Source of the DNA: a virus
Taxonomy: Duplodnaviria > Heunggongvirae > Uroviricota > Caudoviricetes
Direction: 5' to 3' (one strand)
Length of the DNA stretch: 61,328 bases
Virus record (IMG/VR): IMGVR_UViG_3300042894_001948
In this document: positions 56,453 through 61,328 of the stretch, one piece after another
Position numbering within the stretch: the first letter of the stretch is position 1
Layout: each line of letters starts with the position of its first letter
Made by a program: the position numbers and the translations under genes
The notes under the pieces: generated by a model
The model's input: only the letters and a program-made list of their open reading frames with translations
What the model was told of the DNA's origin: nothing
Database searches by the model: none

Positions 56453-57121
56453 ATGAAAATATCAGAATTACTCAACGAAGCTCCCTTACCTCCGGATTGG
56501 GATAGCAATGTATTTACTCCGGATAACACTTACAAAAAAAGAATGGATTATACTGCAGCACGAGCTCAAAAGTTAGGCAGAGGCTCATCAAGGACTGCAT
56601 TTGAAATAGAATACCAAGGTAGGACTACTGTTCTTAAAGTTGCCCATAATATAAAAGGCATGGCACAAAACAAAGCAGAAGCAAATATATTAGATGATGG
56701 TTATGTGCAACAATTAGGTATTACTATTCCAATTATTGATTATGACGAAGCGCATGATGCTCCTGTTTGGATTCATATGGAAAAAGCACAAAAAGCTACT
56801 GAAAAACAATTGTGTAACCTAATGAAGTGTGGTACATTACAGTTATTAGTTGCAATGGCAGCAGCTAGTACCGATGCAAAAGGTCTGATATTAAGTCACA
56901 ATGAAGTTATCCGTGAATTACAATCAGAACGCTTTAATTACACAGACGAAGATGTTGAGTTATGCGAAGACTATGCACAGGCATTAACTGAGCTTGCAGT
57001 TAATTTTAATATTGGGTTATTTGACTTCGTAAGAACAGCTAATTGGGGTATATTTAACGGTAAACCAGTTGTAATTGATGTTGGTTATACAGATGCAGTG
57101 CATAGAGCACATTATATGTAA
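56453..57121 (+). CDS. Protein kinase-like protein with MKISELLNE leader
   Basis: LGRGSSRTAF, VLKVA, QNKAEA, NWG, VVIDVG; CTAAATA upstream. Confidence 0.7.
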   Translation: MKISELLNEAPLPPDWDSNVFTPDNTYKKRMDYTAARAQKLGRGSSRTAFEIEYQGRTTVLKVAHNIKGMAQNKAEANILDDGYVQQLGITIPIIDYDEAHDAPVWIHMEKAQKATEKQLCNLMKCGTLQLLVAMAAASTDAKGLILSHNEVIRELQSERFNYTDEDVELCEDYAQALTELAVNFNIGLFDFVRTANWGIFNGKPVVIDVGYTDAVHRAHYM

Positions 57122-57185
57122 AATCAGTTGACAAGTTATGTGTACTGTTGTATAATAGCATTTTAATTAATTACTAGGAGTACAC

Positions 57186-58544
57186 ATGATCACTGCAATT
57201 TTAGAACAGTTAGCTAATGAACCAAAAACTAACAGCAAAATTGACATTCTTAAAAACAATAGCACTAATGAATTATTGAAAGATGTGTGCTTTTGTGCCA
57301 CTAATAAATTACTTCCTTTTAACATCAAAAAAATTCCTGATTATACTCCTAATACAGGAACACCTACAATGCTTCTCGACGAAGCTATTGTACACTTACA
57401 CGCATTGGCTGATCGTACTTACACAGGTTACGCAGGCATTGATCATCTTAAAAATATTTTAGAATCTGTAACAGAACGTGATGCACAAGTTGTTATCAAA
57501 GTTATAAATAAAGACTTACGTTGCGGTGTACAAGCAGCTACAGTAAATAAAGTATGGAAAGGATTAATTCCAGAGTTTCCATATCAACGTTGCTCATTAC
57601 CTAAACATGTTAAACTTGATACTTGGCCCTGGTCTAAAGGCGTGTATTCACAGTTAAAAGCAGATGGCATGTATATCAATGCTAACTTCTATGAAGACTT
57701 GTCTATTGAGTTATTAAGCAGAAGTGGTAATCCAATGCCATTAGATCAGTTTAGTAACATCATTGATTACATGCAACGTAAAATGCATTGTAATACCCAA
57801 ACACATGGTGAACTTGTTGTAAAACGCGATGGTGTTATTTTGCCACGTGAAATAGGCAATGGTATCTTAAACAGTATAGCAGATAGCGGTTCGTTTGCTG
57901 AAAATGAAGAACCTTTATTTTTAATATGGGATCAAATTCCATTATCAACTGCTGTACCAAAAGGTAAAGGCACTGTAGAATATGCTGATAGATACCATCC
58001 ATTAAAAAATCAAGTTGCATCGCAAGCAGTAACTGATTATCAACATGTACAAATGATTGAAACAAAATTAGTGTTTTCATGGGAAGAAGCATTTAAACAT
58101 TATCTTGAGTTAGTAGAACAAGGACTTGAAGGTACTATTATTAAACGTCCAGATGCTAAATGGCGTGACGGTACAAGCAAAGATCAAGTTAAACTTAAAC
58201 TTGAAGTAGATGTTGATTTAGAAATTGTAGCATTTACAGAAGGTAATGGTAAGAATGCTGCATTGTTTGGATCTATTACATGTCAATCATCAGATGGTAA
58301 GTTAGTAGTTAATGTGTCAGGATTTACAGATGATTTACGTAAAGACATCTTTAATCGCAAAGATGAATTATATGGAACAATTGTAACAGTTAGATCCAAC
58401 AACATTATGCCGCCAACATCAAGCAATGTGTATTACAGTTTGTTTTTACCAAGATTTGTAGAATTCCGTAAAGACAAAACAGAAGCTGATTCATTAGAAA
58501 GAGTTCAGGATCAGTTTGATAGTGCAATGGGAAAGACTAAATGA
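57186..58544 (+). CDS. lig: ATP-dependent DNA ligase
   Basis: KADGMYIN, EGTIIK, KLKLE, SLFLPRFVEFRKDK. Confidence 0.93.
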   Translation: MITAILEQLANEPKTNSKIDILKNNSTNELLKDVCFCATNKLLPFNIKKIPDYTPNTGTPTMLLDEAIVHLHALADRTYTGYAGIDHLKNILESVTERDAQVVIKVINKDLRCGVQAATVNKVWKGLIPEFPYQRCSLPKHVKLDTWPWSKGVYSQLKADGMYINANFYEDLSIELLSRSGNPMPLDQFSNIIDYMQRKMHCNTQTHGELVVKRDGVILPREIGNGILNSIADSGSFAENEEPLFLIWDQIPLSTAVPKGKGTVEYADRYHPLKNQVASQAVTDYQHVQMIETKLVFSWEEAFKHYLELVEQGLEGTIIKRPDAKWRDGTSKDQVKLKLEVDVDLEIVAFTEGNGKNAALFGSITCQSSDGKLVVNVSGFTDDLRKDIFNRKDELYGTIVTVRSNNIMPPTSSNVYYSLFLPRFVEFRKDKTEADSLERVQDQFDSAMGKTK

Positions 58545-58729
58545 CCACACAGTCATACGACGCAGTAACAGGAAACCAGTGTCCGCGTTGCGGCGCTGGG
58601 ATGCTAATAATAGTATCTAGGGATATGTTTATATGCGTGGATTGCCACGTAGAGTTTATAAAAGAACCATACGTCCGACCTAAACCAGTTGGATGTGTTA
58701 CACCAACCCTAACTGAAGATAAAAAATGA
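58541..58729 (+). CDS. Small Zn-ribbon protein
   Basis: CPRC...CVDC. Confidence 0.55.
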   Translation: MTTQSYDAVTGNQCPRCGAGMLIIVSRDMFICVDCHVEFIKEPYVRPKPVGCVTPTLTEDKK

Positions 58730-58813
58730 ACGAAGAAGAATTGACAATTATGCAAAGAGAATTTAAAATGTTAGAAGAATGCGCGTTAATATACTCAGCA
58801 ATGGAGCCGGAAG

Positions 58814-59014
58814 ATGATGATTGATATTATAATTCTGTTTGCGGCAATGTTGACATTTTTTATATACTTTGCCCCAACACTAATAGCAAGCGAACGTGGG
58901 CATAATAACTTTATGCCAATTTTTATTTTTAACTTCTTAGCCGGCTGGTCTGTAGTAGTATGGATTATTTGCTTAGGCTGGGCATTTTCAGACAACATAA
59001 AACGACATAACTAA
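58814..59014 (+). CDS. Superinfection immunity protein (T4 Imm family)
   Basis: YFAPTLIASERGH...IFIFNFLAGWSVVVWIICLGWA. Confidence 0.85.
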   Translation: MMIDIIILFAAMLTFFIYFAPTLIASERGHNNFMPIFIFNFLAGWSVVVWIICLGWAFSDNIKRHN

Positions 59015-59025
59015 AAAGGAAACAT

Positions 59026-59427
59026 ATGACAAACGTATTTAAAGACCAAGAAAAATTTATGGTAGCTGGTGATCAAACAGTTGACAAACTCAATAATGAT
59101 CAGTATAATATGTATGTAAACTTAATTAATGAAGAGGTACAAGAACTACATGATGCAATTGTACAAGAAGATTTAGTTGAACAACTTGATGCACTTATTG
59201 ACATTTTAGTTGTAACAGTAGGTGCTATTCATTCTCTAGGCGCATGCGGTGAAGGTGCATGGAATGAAGTAATGGCAACTAACTTTGCTAAAATTGATGC
59301 AGAAACAGGTAAAGTACGTAAACGTGAAGATGGAAAGATTCTTAAACCAGAAGGATGGAAAGCACCGGTGTTAGAAGGATACTTACATAAACCAGCAACT
59401 TCTTCTACAATTAATTTAGAAATTTAA
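59026..59427 (+). CDS. MazG-like all-alpha NTP pyrophosphohydrolase
   Basis: LINEEVQEL, DALIDILVV, NFAK, REDGKILKPEGW. Confidence 0.85.
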   Translation: MTNVFKDQEKFMVAGDQTVDKLNNDQYNMYVNLINEEVQELHDAIVQEDLVEQLDALIDILVVTVGAIHSLGACGEGAWNEVMATNFAKIDAETGKVRKREDGKILKPEGWKAPVLEGYLHKPATSSTINLEI

Positions 59428-59442
59428 CAAGAGGATAAACAA

Positions 59443-60243
59443 ATGAGAAGTAACTATTGGTCATGCGGTGATTTTGCGGATTGGATCCGTGGTACAAAAT
59501 ATCCAGAATATGAGTCTAGTGAAGGGTGGGTCTCTATTCAAACACTTGCAAAGGCCACCCACCCACTTCGCTTTTGGATTGCAGAAGAACTACTTGATAA
59601 ACTTCAAGATATAGTAATGTTTCCATCAGATACTTTTTACAATATTAAGTATTATATTGAAAACAGATGGGTTAGTCGTACACACAGTTTAACTGCACAT
59701 CCTAAAGATATTAAACCAGGTGACTGGTCTGATGTTGGTTATAGATTTTTACCTTGTATGTTTAATGAACTAGTTGACTTTGTTGAAGTTGAACTTGCTT
59801 GGAGTTTTATTCGTTGGGATGATAAAGCACAATACGAAAAGTACAATGTTCCAAACTTTCATTGGAGATCATGGCGTAGTAAACAAGCCGGTTTAGATTA
59901 TTTAGATTGGGCATCAGAATTAGTTTACGAAAATAAAGATAAAACACATTATGATCTATCTCCACAAGCACTTGCTGCAATTGAAATAAAAAAATTGTAC
60001 TTATGGTGGACTGAAGAATATCCTAAACGTAAAGATCCAATAGACGAATCAGGACTTGGTGATTTTTACAATTACGAAGAAGAAAAGTATGGTACAATGT
60101 TTAACAATAACCGTACTAAAGAGGAAGAAGAAAAATCATTAAAATTATTACTGCTTAGTAATGCTATCGAATTAGCACAAGAACAAGAAGACGAAGATAT
60201 GATGATTAGACTTATTAAAGTTAGACATCACATGTGGACATAG
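59443..60243 (+). CDS. Conserved hypothetical jumbo-phage protein
   Basis: 266-aa Trp-rich ORF with GAGGA SD. Confidence 0.7.
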   Translation: MRSNYWSCGDFADWIRGTKYPEYESSEGWVSIQTLAKATHPLRFWIAEELLDKLQDIVMFPSDTFYNIKYYIENRWVSRTHSLTAHPKDIKPGDWSDVGYRFLPCMFNELVDFVEVELAWSFIRWDDKAQYEKYNVPNFHWRSWRSKQAGLDYLDWASELVYENKDKTHYDLSPQALAAIEIKKLYLWWTEEYPKRKDPIDESGLGDFYNYEEEKYGTMFNNNRTKEEEEKSLKLLLLSNAIELAQEQEDEDMMIRLIKVRHHMWT

Positions 60244-60250
60244 GAATAAT

Positions 60251-61328
60251 ATGGCACTTAAGAAAAAAACAAAAGTAACTTCAGTTACAATACGTGAAAA
60301 TGCTAAAAAGGATAGCAGTCCTGTTTGGGACAACTGGGAAGATTGGACGCCTACTGAATATAGAAAAAAATGGCATAACGCTATGCAATACTATAACCTG
60401 CAGTTTAGCGTAAAAGATTTAAAACCTGCAGTTGTTAAATGGATGACACTAAATGGCTGTAACACAGAATATATTAACACTTATAAAGCTACTAAGGATT
60501 GGCGTACAAGTACTACTATGGGTTCTATTGCTTCTTGTCTTATCAGAGGTATGCCAGCTGTTCATGACACTTTTAATAACGGAAGAGATGCAGCTGCTTG
60601 GCTAAGAGATGCTATTGCTGCTACAATTGAAGCAGGTGAAGTAGACATTGAACCAGAAGAAGAAGGCGAAGTTAAAAAGCCAGCAGCAGTTATTAACATA
60701 CAAGCTCGCGTAAAAGAAGCTGCAATTGGTATGACAGAAGTTATTGAAGACGCTGTAGACCAATGGATAACTAACGCAGCTACGTTTGATCCTAAAGCTA
60801 TTAAAGTAATAAATGCGCTTAAAGCTAAGGAAGCAAAAGCAGCACATGCACGTATTATTAAAGACATGTACTCGCGCAATTTGTTGGAATTAGAAGAGCT
60901 TGCTGCTGGCAAACCTGATGATGAAGAAAAGCACGATGCATATGAACAGTTACAAGAAGCTTATAAACATAGAAGTAAAAGAGAAATTAAAAATTTAATT
61001 GCATTTTATAAAGAAGTTGAATCTGCGTGTACTATGTTAATTGAAGAAAGTAAAGTTAACAAAGCACCGCGTACTAAGAAAGCAGTACCTAAAGATAAGC
61101 TAGTTGAAAAATTAAAATACTTAAAAATATTTGAACCATTAAAACTTGTTTCTATTAATCCTACTGAGATAGTAGGAGCTAAGACACTATGGGTTTACAA
61201 TACTAAAACTAGACGAATTGGTAAATTTGTAGCAGATGAGATGACAGGGCCATTAACCGTTAAAGGTTCTGCAATTTTAGGTTATGATGAGCATATGAGT
61301 ATTCAAAAGACTATTCGCAAGCCAGAGG
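60251..61328 (+). CDS. Hypothetical protein, runs off the window end
   Basis: AGGA SD; MALKKKTKVTSV...; open to the window end, so absent from the ORF track. Confidence 0.7.
   Translation, partial: MALKKKTKVTSVTIRENAKKDSSPVWDNWEDWTPTEYRKKWHNAMQYYNLQFSVKDLKPAVVKWMTLNGCNTEYINTYKATKDWRTSTTMGSIASCLIRGMPAVHDTFNNGRDAAAWLRDAIAATIEAGEVDIEPEEEGEVKKPAAVINIQARVKEAAIGMTEVIEDAVDQWITNAATFDPKAIKVINALKAKEAKAAHARIIKDMYSRNLLELEELAAGKPDDEEKHDAYEQLQEAYKHRSKREIKNLIAFYKEVESACTMLIEESKVNKAPRTKKAVPKDKLVEKLKYLKIFEPLKLVSINPTEIVGAKTLWVYNTKTRRIGKFVADEMTGPLTVKGSAILGYDEHMSIQKTIRKPE

Overview
AT-rich segment of a huge T4-like phage genome using the standard genetic code, with sigma70-type early promoters and (A/C/G)TAAATA late promoters. 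The host is probably a gammaproteobacterial methanotroph, because the phage carries a Methylobacter/Methylomonas-like pmoC. Gene content: tail fibre, two RNA ligases, DNA ligase, chaperone/protease genes (dnaK, hsp20, groES, clpS, clpP, parvulin), heme oxygenase plus bilin reductase, a CsgF/CsgG/curlin/FecR/CHASE2-cyclase block, 7 tRNAs, a permuted two-piece tmRNA and about 7 free-standing homing endonucleases. Strongest unexplained signals: (1) pmoC is not truncated but is split by two near-identical group I introns around a 28-nt micro-exon in the CuD copper-site loop, next to a convergent GIY-YIG endonuclease. (2) An array of about 11 Y-RNA-like ncRNAs shares a TACAGCAAC-type motif; three are circularly permuted tRNA mimics and several display Lys/Glu/Tyr anticodon loops. 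The array lies next to a DUF2828 (TROVE/Ro60-like, vWA) gene whose own leader carries the same motif. (3) A stand-alone mimic of the 23S rRNA L11-binding/GTPase centre (E. coli 1055-1104) sits in the tRNA array, split by a 238-nt structured insertion. (4) A conserved hairpin leader precedes four unrelated homing endonucleases. (5) A family of MKIxE(I/L)-leader proteins looks capsid-targeted. All family assignments come from motif recognition by eye; no database searches or folding programs were run.
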